A stretch of DNA of 45,135 bases from a virus. The notes beneath the pieces were generated by a model, which was not told the origin of the DNA, made no database searches, and was given only the letters and a program-made list of their open reading frames with translations. Every line of letters begins with the position of its first letter. The first letter of the stretch is position 1. The translations under genes and the position numbers were made by a program. Positions 34,081-41,475 of the stretch are shown piece by piece. Where the stretch lies: the IMG/VR virus record IMGVR_UViG_3300034069_000901, positions 1 to 45,135 of that record. The stretch is one strand, 5' to 3'.

Positions 34081-36311
34081 TGCCCACCCCCACGGACTAT
34101 ATCAGGGCGGCGCAAGGCCGTATCTCAACGGCCCAAGGTCCGGCCACGCTCAACGCCTATTCGCCCAATCTGCCCGGTCCCGCGGCGCCGGACGAACAGG
34201 CGGTCGGCCCGATGCGCGAGGCCAGCCCGGAGGACGCCGCCGCCCTGCCACGCCCCGGCATGGTGACGCGCTCCGGTGACGTGACGTGGATACCTGGCCA
34301 ATGGCTCAAGACGCTGGCCGGCAACCCCGACACGATCCTCGCCAAGGACGGATCAGGGCTCAAGCTATTCGAGGCGCTTCTCGACGACGACGTCGCGTTC
34401 TCGACGCTTCAACAGCGCCGCTTGGCCATCACGTCGCGGGATTGGGAGGTCGCACCGGGTGACGATACCGACCCGCGCTCGGTCAAGGCCGCGGATCAGC
34501 TCCGCGCCATGATAAAGGCGGTGGGATGGGACCGCGTAACCGGACTCATGCACTATGGCGTATGGTTCGGCTACGCCGTCGGCGAGTGCATATGGACGAC
34601 GAAACAGCACAACGGCGAGCTGATCGTATGGCTCGACGACGTCGTTGTCCCGGATCGGCGATGGTTCGGCTTCACCCTTGAGGGTGAATTGCGGATGCTC
34701 GGGACGCTCAACGCATCGGTCAACGGCGAGGAGCTTCCGCCCAACAAGTTTTGGACGATCCGGACCGGCGGGACGCATGATTTTGCGTTCTACGGCATGG
34801 GGCTCGCGCATTGGGTCTATTGGCTCGTTTTCTTCAAGCGCGCCGCGATCAAGTTTTGGGCGCTGTACCTCGAAAAGCTCGGCATGCCGACCGTGGCAAT
34901 CGAGTTCCCCTCGGCCGAGAAGAACGACAAGCAAGCGCAGGCCGACCGTCTCCAAGCCGCGGCGGCGGTGGGCCAGGACCGGGCCGTTCTCGTGCCGGAG
35001 GGCACCCTCACGAACGACCAAATGAAGCTCCTTGAGGCGACGCGATCCGCGGCCGGGACGTCGGGCTATGCCGAGTTCATCGACGAACAGAACGAGTCGA
35101 TCATGCGCGTCGTGTTGGGCCAGCCCGGCACGTCGAAAGGCGTGTCGTCCGGCCTCAACTCGGATCAGGCCTCGGAACACGCGGGGGTCAAGGCCGAAAT
35201 CGTCAAGGCCGACTCCGACCTCATGACGGAGGCGTTCGCGCGCGGTCCGGCCAAGTGGTTGACCCGGTGGAACCATGGCCCCGACGTCGCCCCGCCGACC
35301 CTGTACCGCGTCCTCGACAATGCGGAGGACCTCAACACGATCGCGGATCGCGACGTCAAGCTCGCCGGCATTGGGATCAAGCGCACCAAGGATAGCGTGG
35401 GCGACGTCTATGGCGACGGATACGAAATCGCCCCGACCCCGCCCAAGGCCGGCAACAAGCAAATCGCGGCGGCGCTCGGCGGCGCGATCGACCCGGAAAC
35501 CGGCACGATCATCCCGGAGGCCGTACCCGCGGCGAACGACAACGCGAAGCGGGTCGCGGCCTTCGCGGCCGAGTATGGCGTCGACGACACGGCGCCGCTC
35601 TATGTGTCGCGCCAGCTCCTCAACGCGGCCGACCTGATCGCGTGGGCCAAGGGCCAGGGCTTCAAGGTGACGGTCCCGGCGGCCGATATGCACGTCACCA
35701 TCCTGTATTCGAAACAGCCGGTGGATTGGTTCGGCATGGGCCAGCCGTGGAGCGACGACGATCAGGGTCGGACCATCGTGCCGCCCGGTGGGCCGCGCGC
35801 GGTGGAGCAATTCGGCGAGGGTGCCGTCGTTCTCCGCTTCGCCTCCGCCGACCTGCAATGGCGCCATGACAGCATGGTCGAACGGGGCGCGTCCCACGAT
35901 TTCGATAGCTACTCGCCCCATGTGACGATCAGCTATGACGCGGAGGGCGTCGACCTGTCCAAGGTGGAGCCCTACCAGGGCGAGCTGCGGTTCGGACCCG
36001 AGATATTCGAGCCGATTCGGACCGGCGAGGCGTTCGACCCGGCCACGCTCAATTTCACGGCCGATCAGGAACAAGCGATCGAACGGTTGGTCAAGGCGCT
36101 CGTCGAGGACGCCAACCCCGTGTTCGCCGCCATGGCCGACGAGTTGCGGACCGGGTTGCAGGGCGTAAACAGCTTGGAAGGCGCCCGCGTCGCGATTCTT
36201 GAGGCGTGGGAGCGCATGCCGATCGACAAGCTCGCGCGCTTGACCGGCCTGCCCATGCTGGCCGAGCGCGTCGGCGCCCTGGCCGGCGCGGAGGAGGACG
36301 TCACGGCATGA
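34080..36311 (+). CDS. Portal protein, Mu gp29 / DUF935-like, with an inserted 2H-phosphoesterase-like domain
   Basis: TAATG overlap with terL. 743 aa. The DUF935-like core includes LKLFEALLDDDVAFSTLQQRRLAI and FWALYLEKLGMPTV. The typical C-terminal tail is ADQEQAIERLV...LARLTGLPMLAERVGA. An extra segment of about 145 aa carries two HVTI motifs. Confidence 0.9.
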   Translation: MPTPTDYIRAAQGRISTAQGPATLNAYSPNLPGPAAPDEQAVGPMREASPEDAAALPRPGMVTRSGDVTWIPGQWLKTLAGNPDTILAKDGSGLKLFEALLDDDVAFSTLQQRRLAITSRDWEVAPGDDTDPRSVKAADQLRAMIKAVGWDRVTGLMHYGVWFGYAVGECIWTTKQHNGELIVWLDDVVVPDRRWFGFTLEGELRMLGTLNASVNGEELPPNKFWTIRTGGTHDFAFYGMGLAHWVYWLVFFKRAAIKFWALYLEKLGMPTVAIEFPSAEKNDKQAQADRLQAAAAVGQDRAVLVPEGTLTNDQMKLLEATRSAAGTSGYAEFIDEQNESIMRVVLGQPGTSKGVSSGLNSDQASEHAGVKAEIVKADSDLMTEAFARGPAKWLTRWNHGPDVAPPTLYRVLDNAEDLNTIADRDVKLAGIGIKRTKDSVGDVYGDGYEIAPTPPKAGNKQIAAALGGAIDPETGTIIPEAVPAANDNAKRVAAFAAEYGVDDTAPLYVSRQLLNAADLIAWAKGQGFKVTVPAADMHVTILYSKQPVDWFGMGQPWSDDDQGRTIVPPGGPRAVEQFGEGAVVLRFASADLQWRHDSMVERGASHDFDSYSPHVTISYDAEGVDLSKVEPYQGELRFGPEIFEPIRTGEAFDPATLNFTADQEQAIERLVKALVEDANPVFAAMADELRTGLQGVNSLEGARVAILEAWERMPIDKLARLTGLPMLAERVGALAGAEEDVTA
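35590..36020 (+). other. 2H-phosphoesterase-like domain embedded in the portal ORF
   Basis: MHVTILYS (His codon 35691-35693) and PHVTISYD (His codon 35919-35921) lie 76 residues apart. Each follows a hydrophobic strand (PLYVSRQL; AVVLRFAS). Confidence 0.6.
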
Positions 36312-36450
36312 ACGCCCGGCGCGCATGGGCCGAGCATTTCGGCGCTTTGCTCGCCGCATTGTTCGACCGGATCGGACCGCGTTAATCCTGTTGCACAGGC
36401 TCGCGGTTCGTGGTTCAAACCGCAACCGCATCACGCGGAGGGAGCGAGCC

Positions 36451-36621
36451 ATGTCGGATTTCAAGAAGGGCGAGAAGGTCGTCGGCACCACGACCAAGGG
36501 CAAGAAGGTTTCGGGCTCGGTCGAACACGTCCGGAGCGTCCAGCGCGGCAAGTTCGTCGACGTCAAGGACGCGGACGGCAACCTCCATTCGTTCCGCCCT
36601 TCCCAGGTCGTCAAGGCCTGA
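36451..36621 (+). CDS. Small basic SH3/Tudor-like protein (56 aa; DUF2945-like by recollection)
   Basis: ATG at 36451 after GGAGGGAG. It encodes MSDFKKGEKVVGTTTKGKKVSGSVEHVRSVQRGKFVDVKDADGNLHSFRPSQVVKA. Confidence 0.55.
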   Translation: MSDFKKGEKVVGTTTKGKKVSGSVEHVRSVQRGKFVDVKDADGNLHSFRPSQVVKA

Positions 36622-36658
36622 AAGCTCCCGGCCCGCCCAGGCGGGACCGATGCGAGGG

Positions 36659-36690
36659 ACGCCCGCCGATGGAAGTTGGCGGGCGTTTTC
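36659..36690 (+). terminator. Rho-independent terminator
   Basis: ACGCCCGCC (36659-36667) pairs with GGCGGGCGT (36678-36686): a 9-bp stem with a 10-nt loop, then TTTTC. A second hairpin lies at 36628-36650. Confidence 0.6.
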
Positions 36691-37102
36691 ATGCCTGCTA
36701 TAGATTGCGAATGGCAGGACGAAACAGCAAGCCCGAACCCTGGTACGAACAAGGCCCTTGCGTGGTTTGCCAAGAAAGACTGCAAACCCGCCGCGGCATT
36801 CGCGATGGTCGCCCGGTTTATCAATCCATATGTGGACGATGTAATCGGCTTCGGCACCCCGCACCGGAAAGCCAAGTGCGATCTTGGAAAGAGCGGCCAC
36901 ATCGGAGAGCATTGAAAGAGGCTTGCGAACGGTGCGCCTTTGTACCCGAGGATAAGTGCCAACTTGATATAGACCACCGGGACGGTAATCGGCACAATAA
37001 CGAACCGGCGAATTTGCAGACGCTATGCGCTAACTGCCATCGCCTGAAAACCAAACTCGCTGGTGACAACAAGACTCGTTATTGAGCGCGGCGGGCGTTT
37101 TC
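36678..37102 (+). mobile_element. Candidate HNH homing-endonuclease cassette bounded by 13-bp direct repeats
   Basis: GGCGGGCGTTTTC occurs at 36678-36690 (the 3' arm and U-tract of the terminator) and again at 37090-37102 without a 5' arm. The AT-richer HNH ORF lies exactly between the two copies. Confidence 0.35.
36711..37085 (+). CDS. HNH endonuclease
   Basis: ATG at 36711. Cys pairs (CVVCQ, CGRCN) are followed by DIDHRDGNRHNNEPANLQTLCANCHRLKT, the HNH motif. Confidence 0.8.
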   Translation: MAGRNSKPEPWYEQGPCVVCQERLQTRRGIRDGRPVYQSICGRCNRLRHPAPESQVRSWKERPHRRALKEACERCAFVPEDKCQLDIDHRDGNRHNNEPANLQTLCANCHRLKTKLAGDNKTRY

Positions 37103-37370
37103 GTTTCGGGCATTGCATACGCGTTGCAGCGATGGCATGAGGGCGGCGGGGCGAACCTCTTGCGGTCCTATTCACGCAAGCCCTTGAAGGTTCCGGGTGA
37201 TGCCGGCCGACGCTTGAAACGGACCCGGAGCCATCCAGCCGGCAATGGGATGGGGGAACGCCTACCTAGGCGTGACAGCCGGAGAGGACGGAAGCCGAGC
37301 GGGATGGTGGGCGGTAGGCGGCCCGACGCGGACTCTCTCCGTAGCCATCCCGACCAACAGGGAGTCAGTC

Positions 37371-37787
37371 ATGATCCATTGTCGCACCGTCCTTGCCCTC
37401 GCCGCCGCCGTCGCGCTCGTGGGTTGCGCCACCAGCTCGGCCCCGCCCGCCAGCGCCGGCAGCATGGCCGCCACCGCGCCCACCACCACCACGCCCGCGC
37501 TGGCCAAGGCCGGACAGGTCGTCGTCAAGGCGAGCGAAGCCTTGAAGCTGGCCGACGCCGCGTATCAGGCCGCGGTGCCGATCGCCGAGGGGCTGATTTC
37601 GGCCGGCATCATTTCGCCCGGCGAAGCGATCATGGTTCGCGATATCGAGTCGCGCGCGTCACAGGCGCTCGCCACGGCCCACGCCGCGCTATCCGTCGCC
37701 GAGCAGGCGCAGGCGGTGGCGCAGGCCGTCACGGCCATCAACACCTTGACGACGATCGCGCCCGCGGCCACAACCATCAATCATTGA
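37371..37787 (+). CDS. Lipoprotein (138 aa)
   Basis: ATG at 37371 after GGGAG. The signal peptide with lipobox is MIHCRTVLALAAAVALVGC. The mature part is Ala-rich and helical. Confidence 0.7.
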   Translation: MIHCRTVLALAAAVALVGCATSSAPPASAGSMAATAPTTTTPALAKAGQVVVKASEALKLADAAYQAAVPIAEGLISAGIISPGEAIMVRDIESRASQALATAHAALSVAEQAQAVAQAVTAINTLTTIAPAATTINH

Positions 37788-38220
37788 ATCCCGTAGCGAA
37801 AGCCAAGGGTTGATCCGCCGAGCCATAGAGGTGCGAAGCGGGGACCGAAGCGAGTAGGGAGCGGGGAGGTTGGCGGTTCCTCCCATGCTCCGGCTGTCCG
37901 CTAGACTACCGGGAGGGCGCGCGGACGCGGCGAGCCCCGTAGAACGGAATGGCCGCAAGGCCCGACCTCCCGACCAAGTTTAGGGCCGCCCGCCTCACTT
38001 GAAGGGGTCTATCCCCCGGAGAGAGATAGGGGCAACGGTTGGGATGGCCCAAGGGCGGGTGGCGAGGCGGTGGACCGACCGCGCACCACCCGCCCAACCC
38101 TGGAGTACCCGCCAAATCCGACGCGATCGTCGGGACAGGATATGCGGGGAACGTCGCTCGGCTAGGGCAACAGGCGCGGCTCCGCTGGAAACGGCGGGGC
38201 CGTTCGCGTATCTGGCCCCT
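37788..38220 (+). ncRNA. ORF-free, helix-rich region: candidate structured RNA, class unknown
   Basis: No credible ORF in six frames. Hairpins: 37864-37884; GGCC-GCAA-GGCC at 37951-37962; a 10-bp plus 5-bp nested stem at 38053-38095; 38118-38133; and a 10-bp stem with a GAAA loop at 38178-38201. Long-range pairs are 37910-37916 with 37966-37972 and 37817-37823 with 38156-38162. Confidence 0.35.
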
Positions 38221-39087
38221 ATGTGCCGACGCCCGATCCTGTTCGACGCCGCTGATCGTCCGCCGCGCCAGCTCCTCCCGCTACAGGTCGGCGCGAAGGA
38301 TATCGAGGAATGGCTCCTCGCTAAGAGTCCGACCGCAATCGGCGCGTACAACACGATCGGCGCGGAGGAATATGCCCGGTCGTTCACCGCGGCCCAAACC
38401 GCCGGCACAGATATTGCCGACGACCTATATTTCGGGATCGTGGACGTCGTCGGCCGAGGTGGCACGGAACAAGACTTCTCGCGCCTTGTCACGCCGATCC
38501 TCAAGTCCAAGGGATGGCTCGGGGGCGACGATCGCGCCATCGCGACACGGGTGGCCCTGATCTATGACACAAACCTCCGCTTGGCCCGCGCCGCGGGACG
38601 GTGGAACAGGTATCAGGCCAGCAAGAGCGGATTGCCCTACGTTCGCGGCGTCACGGCCGAGGACGAACGGGTCCGCCACCCGCCCAAGAGCCCGTTGAGC
38701 GACCATCGCGCGTTCGACGGGATCATTCTGCCCCTCGACCATCCGTTCGTGGCCAAATACTGGACCCCGCTCGGCTTCCGGTGCCGGTGCCAATGGATAC
38801 AGATGACGCGGTCGCAGCTCGCGCGCTATCCCGGCGGGATCACGTCCGAAGCGGACCTCGCCGAGCGCGAGAAGCGACTAGGGCCACCCGTGTTCGCCTC
38901 GCCCGCCGCCCCGATCAAGTCGCAGCTCGCCAGCATGGTCGACGCGACCAACGCGGAGCGCATGCCCGGCATGCCGGCGGTGGACCCCGTCGCGGCGGAA
39001 CAGGCCGGCACGTCGGCATGGCTCAACGTGATCGGCGCCGAAATCGGATCAAGCGTCGGCGAGGCGCTCGCGCGCTTGTTTGGCTGA
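38221..39087 (+). CDS. Head morphogenesis protein, Mu gp30 (MuF) / SPP1 gp7-like
   Basis: ATG at 38221, in frame with track ORF 37999..39087. ARSFTAAQTAGTDIADDL, IYDTNLRLARAAGRW and VRHPPKSPLSDHRAFDGIILPLDHPFVAKYWTPLGFRCRCQ are the MuF signature. Confidence 0.85.
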   Translation: MCRRPILFDAADRPPRQLLPLQVGAKDIEEWLLAKSPTAIGAYNTIGAEEYARSFTAAQTAGTDIADDLYFGIVDVVGRGGTEQDFSRLVTPILKSKGWLGGDDRAIATRVALIYDTNLRLARAAGRWNRYQASKSGLPYVRGVTAEDERVRHPPKSPLSDHRAFDGIILPLDHPFVAKYWTPLGFRCRCQWIQMTRSQLARYPGGITSEADLAEREKRLGPPVFASPAAPIKSQLASMVDATNAERMPGMPAVDPVAAEQAGTSAWLNVIGAEIGSSVGEALARLFG

Positions 39088-39411
39088 TCGGACCTCGTCG
39101 AGCCGCATACCCTCAAGCTCGTGCGCGGTAAGCTTCCGGCCCGCGGTCAACGGCGGCGGATGAAGGGGAAGCCATCGCGCCATGGTTTCGGGCCGGTGGC
39201 ACGACCAACAATCGAGCCGCCGTGGTGCGGGCTCCTTGACCTCGTCGCGAGCGCCACAGGGGCAGGCGTAGGACGCGACGGGATACGTCGGACCTTGAGG
39301 CTCGCCGATCGGCGTCGCGCGCGCTGGCGGTGGCCGCCGCGCGGGTTTCGGCGCTACGGGCGGCGCGGGGCGGACCGCGAACAGGTCGTCGTCCTTGAAC
39401 AGGTCCGTCAT
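39049..39411 (-). CDS. Hypothetical protein with a zinc-ribbon-like motif (120 aa); last gene of the reverse island
   Basis: ATG at 39411 (ATGA overlap with the upstream stop). Contains YACPCGARDEVKEPAPRRLDCWSCH. Its 3' end overlaps the MuF 3' end by 39 nt (convergent). Confidence 0.5.
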   Translation of the reverse strand: MTDLFKDDDLFAVRPAPPVAPKPARRPPPARATPIGEPQGPTYPVASYACPCGARDEVKEPAPRRLDCWSCHRPETMARWLPLHPPPLTAGRKLTAHELEGMRLDEVRSAKQARERLADA

Positions 39412-39677
39412 CCCGCCCGGTCCGCCAGCCATTGCCGATACGCCTCCGCGTGTTTCGGGCATAAATCCTTGTCGGGCGCCGGGGACGTGGTGCAACGGTC
39501 GCACAGCGGCTTGTCGCACTTGATCGACTTGCGCGCGCTGCCCCGCTGATCCTCCGGCAATTTCCAATCGCACAAGAGGGTGGCAATCCGCCCGCACCGG
39601 CACCGATCATGCGGGCGCCGCGGGCCGCACACGATCGCCGAGAAGCCGCCGGGCAGGGTGACGCGCTCGCACGTCAT
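39408..39677 (-). CDS. Cys-rich small protein (89 aa)
   Basis: ATG at 39677 (ATGA overlap). It encodes MTCERVTLPGGFSAIVCGPRRPHDRCRCGRIATLLCDWKLPEDQRGSARKSIKCDKPLCDRCTT..., with about 10 Cys residues. Confidence 0.55.
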   Translation of the reverse strand: MTCERVTLPGGFSAIVCGPRRPHDRCRCGRIATLLCDWKLPEDQRGSARKSIKCDKPLCDRCTTSPAPDKDLCPKHAEAYRQWLADRAG

Positions 39678-39835
39678 TTCCGCTCCAGCTCCCGTGCCGC
39701 ACGGCGTAGCAGGCCGATCAGGTAAGCCGCATCTTTCACCATGACGCCCGTTCCCTCGCCGGCAAAACCGGCGTTGCGTGTCGCGCGGGCGAGCTGTGCT
39801 GCCACCTTGCGGCATCCCTTGGCCGTCACGCTCAC
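39674..39835 (-). CDS. Small ORF (53 aa)
   Basis: GTG at 39835 overlaps the upstream stop (GTGA). It encodes VSVTAKGCRKVAAQLARATRNAGFAGEGTGVMVKDAAYLIGLLRRAARELERK. Confidence 0.45.
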   Translation of the reverse strand: MSVTAKGCRKVAAQLARATRNAGFAGEGTGVMVKDAAYLIGLLRRAARELERK

Positions 39836-40113
39836 GCCACCAGCTCCCACCCATTGAAACGGCACGGGTGGCCGTCCTGACAATGCACGTCGCCCGGCGA
39901 GGATGGGTCAGGAACCGCGTCGATCGGATACCCGCGGTATCGGTCCGGCCGCCACTCGCGCGCATTGTAATCGGGCCGCTGCGGGTGAAGCGCCGCCAAA
40001 GCGGCCAGCGCGGACGGACCCATGCGGATGCGGACCGGGCCAAGCTTTCGGCCGAGCTGTGCCATGGCCTCGATATCGCCGATCGCTTCGTCGAGGTCGG
40101 ATATGATCGTCAT
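39832..40113 (-). CDS. Hypothetical protein (93 aa)
   Basis: ATG at 40113, in frame with track ORF 39832..40260. The product begins MTIISDLDEAIGDIEAMAQLGRKLGPVRIRMGPSALAALAALHP. Confidence 0.55.
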   Translation of the reverse strand: MTIISDLDEAIGDIEAMAQLGRKLGPVRIRMGPSALAALAALHPQRPDYNAREWRPDRYRGYPIDAVPDPSSPGDVHCQDGHPCRFNGWELVA

Positions 40114-40117
40114 GCTG

Positions 40118-40438
40118 TCACCCCAATCCCGCGTTCGCGACGTGAAGCCATATGATTTCGCATCCGGTCGGCTGGCGGTCCGCCTTCCGCCGGTTACAGC
40201 GTAGATGCGCCGCGACGACATGCCCGGCCCACGCCTGCCGTTTCGAGAAAGGGAACACATGCTCTAGGGTGGGAGCCTCTCGCCGTGCGTTGCGACTGTC
40301 GACCGGATGCGAGCGGAATGGCTTGCCGCATATCGCACAGCGACGGCCTTGGGCGACGATCAGGTCGCTTCGGAGGGCTTGCCGTTCCCGCGTCTCCCTG
40401 GCCGTACATTTCCGCAACGCCTTGACCCGCTTACTCAC
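40118..40438 (-). CDS. HNH endonuclease (106 aa)
   Basis: GTG start with a GTGA overlap. RRCAICGKPF...PTLEHVFPFSKRQAWAGHVVAAHLRCNRRK is an HNH-type motif. Confidence 0.7.
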   Translation of the reverse strand: MSKRVKALRKCTARETRERQALRSDLIVAQGRRCAICGKPFRSHPVDSRNARREAPTLEHVFPFSKRQAWAGHVVAAHLRCNRRKADRQPTGCEIIWLHVANAGLG

Positions 40439-41178
40439 GCCCGCTCCTTTGCAAGGTCCGCCACCCGCTTCCGTGCAATCCTGGCCAGCTCGACAAGTTC
40501 GCCCGGCGTGTTTTCGGTCAACGCGCCTTCAAGTTCGATCAGCCATACCGACCGATCCACGTCCGCCGGATAGACGCGAACGCCAATGGCCCACAGCTCC
40601 GCCGCGGCTGTGTCGGGCGTAAGGCGAGCATTGTCACGCGTCCGCGCCGCCGCCGTAGCCGCCTCAAAATTGCGCCGGGCCGCGTCGGCCGGCGCCTCAT
40701 TCGGGTTCGCCCCGGTGCGTTCGCGCGCGCGGCGGAGGGCGTCGTTGAGATTGGCGAATGCCGCGGCGAAGGCTTTGGTTTCCTGTGCCGCGCGTTCCGC
40801 CGCGCGCTGGAAATCCCGTGCCGCTTGAGCCGCAGCGGCTTGGGCATCGCGTTGGCGTTCCTGTTCGGTCGCGGCCCGCCTCATTCCCTCGTGATACCGA
40901 CGCATCGTGTCGTTGATATCGTCACGGGAATAGCTGCCCGGAGCCTTGGGGCGACGGAACAGGTCGTCCGTGTAGCGGGAGTCGGGCGGACGTTGCGACG
41001 CTGGCCGAGCCCGGCCCGGTACGTCGAACGATGCAGGGTCAAGGCCTTCCCGCTCGCATATCGCATCACCACGCCCGATCGCCGCGGCGCGCTCGCCCTC
41101 GTGCGTCGTCGAGCGCGCCACGGCATAGCAGGCCTCGGCCCGCTCGCGCGGCGTCTTACTCGTCGCCATCGTCTCCAC
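40435..41178 (-). CDS. Hypothetical protein with a DUF2786-like N-terminus and a central coiled-coil (247 aa)
   Basis: RAEACYAVARSTTHEGERAAAIGRGDAICEREGLD resembles the DUF2786 helical hairpin. The start is either the GTG at 41178 or the ATG at 41169. Confidence 0.65.
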   Translation of the reverse strand: METMATSKTPRERAEACYAVARSTTHEGERAAAIGRGDAICEREGLDPASFDVPGRARPASQRPPDSRYTDDLFRRPKAPGSYSRDDINDTMRRYHEGMRRAATEQERQRDAQAAAAQAARDFQRAAERAAQETKAFAAAFANLNDALRRARERTGANPNEAPADAARRNFEAATAAARTRDNARLTPDTAAAELWAIGVRVYPADVDRSVWLIELEGALTENTPGELVELARIARKRVADLAKERA

Positions 41179-41290
41179 CCCGCATAGCTCGCCGGAACGC
41201 GGCTTGATCGACGATCAGCTCGCGCGCCACAACGCCGAAAGCGCCGAACGCCAAGAGGCTGAAAAACACGGTCGCTAACTCGCGCATCAT
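41156..41290 (-). CDS. Small membrane ORF (44 aa)
   Basis: Not in the track. ATG at 41290 (ATGA overlap with the upstream stop). It encodes MMRELATVFFSLLAFGAFGVVARELIVDQAAFRRAMRGGDDGDE. Confidence 0.4.
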   Translation of the reverse strand: MMRELATVFFSLLAFGAFGVVARELIVDQAAFRRAMRGGDDGDE

Positions 41291-41475
41291 AGCCCGTCCT
41301 CCACCACGATTTCAGCGGTGCCGAACCCATAGAATACAGATTGGCGGCGAACCTGTGACGTGATCCACGCTTTCGCCGCGTCGACGTCGTCGAACCGCAT
41401 CCCGCCCCAATGAGCGGGACGAGACAGGCCCACGTCGCCGCGCGAGCGGGACCGCGTGATGACGTAGCGCGTCAC
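41287..41475 (-). CDS. Small ORF (62 aa)
   Basis: GTG at 41475 (GTGA overlap). It corresponds to the C-terminal part of track ORF 41287..41700. It encodes VTRYVITRSRSRGDVGLSRPAHWGGMRFDDVDAAKAWITSQVRRQSVFYGFGTAEIVVEDGL. Confidence 0.45.
   Translation of the reverse strand: MTRYVITRSRSRGDVGLSRPAHWGGMRFDDVDAAKAWITSQVRRQSVFYGFGTAEIVVEDGL

Noticed and set aside
36403-36423. GGTTCAAACC-like string, which suggested a tRNA T-arm in the portal-downstream intergenic region.
   Set aside because: It folds as a simple 6-bp hairpin (GCGGTT/AACCGC) with a 9-nt loop. No acceptor, D or anticodon arms can be drawn around it. No tRNA was found anywhere in the window.
34365-36995. 876-aa minus-strand ORF antisense to the portal gene. 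Similar long antisense ORFs are 42614..45022 (802 aa), 32452..33948, 25934..27193, 1654..2760 and 10161..10949.
   Set aside because: Their translations are dominated by Arg/Gly/Pro/Ala/Asp runs with no motifs. They lie antisense to genes with clear family signatures (portal, capsid/scaffold, TerL, TMP). Long stop-free antisense frames are expected in DNA this GC-rich.
37090-37102. The second copy of GGCGGGCGTTTTC as an independent terminator after the HNH gene.
   Set aside because: No complementary ACGCCCGCC arm lies upstream of it, so it cannot form the hairpin by itself. I interpret it as a duplicated half-site rather than a functional terminator.
38174-38207. GAAA-capped hairpin with a 2-nt 3' bulge, considered as group II intron domain V. 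The surrounding region was also considered as a hammerhead or as a HEARO/IscB omega-RNA.
   Set aside because: The helix lengths (11 bp upper, 4 bp lower) and the lack of the AGC triad do not fit domain V. There is no CUGAUGA core and no reverse transcriptase or maturase. The nearby HNH ORF is only 124 aa with no RuvC domain, so it is not IscB, and it lies 700 nt upstream with a gene in between.
37788-38220. A self-splicing group I intron interrupting a portal-MuF fusion gene.
   Set aside because: The portal ORF ends with a complete family-typical C-terminal tail, and the MuF ORF starts with a family-typical N-terminus, so no exon continuity is needed. I could not assemble P3-P8 pairings. I kept the region only as an unclassified structured-RNA candidate.
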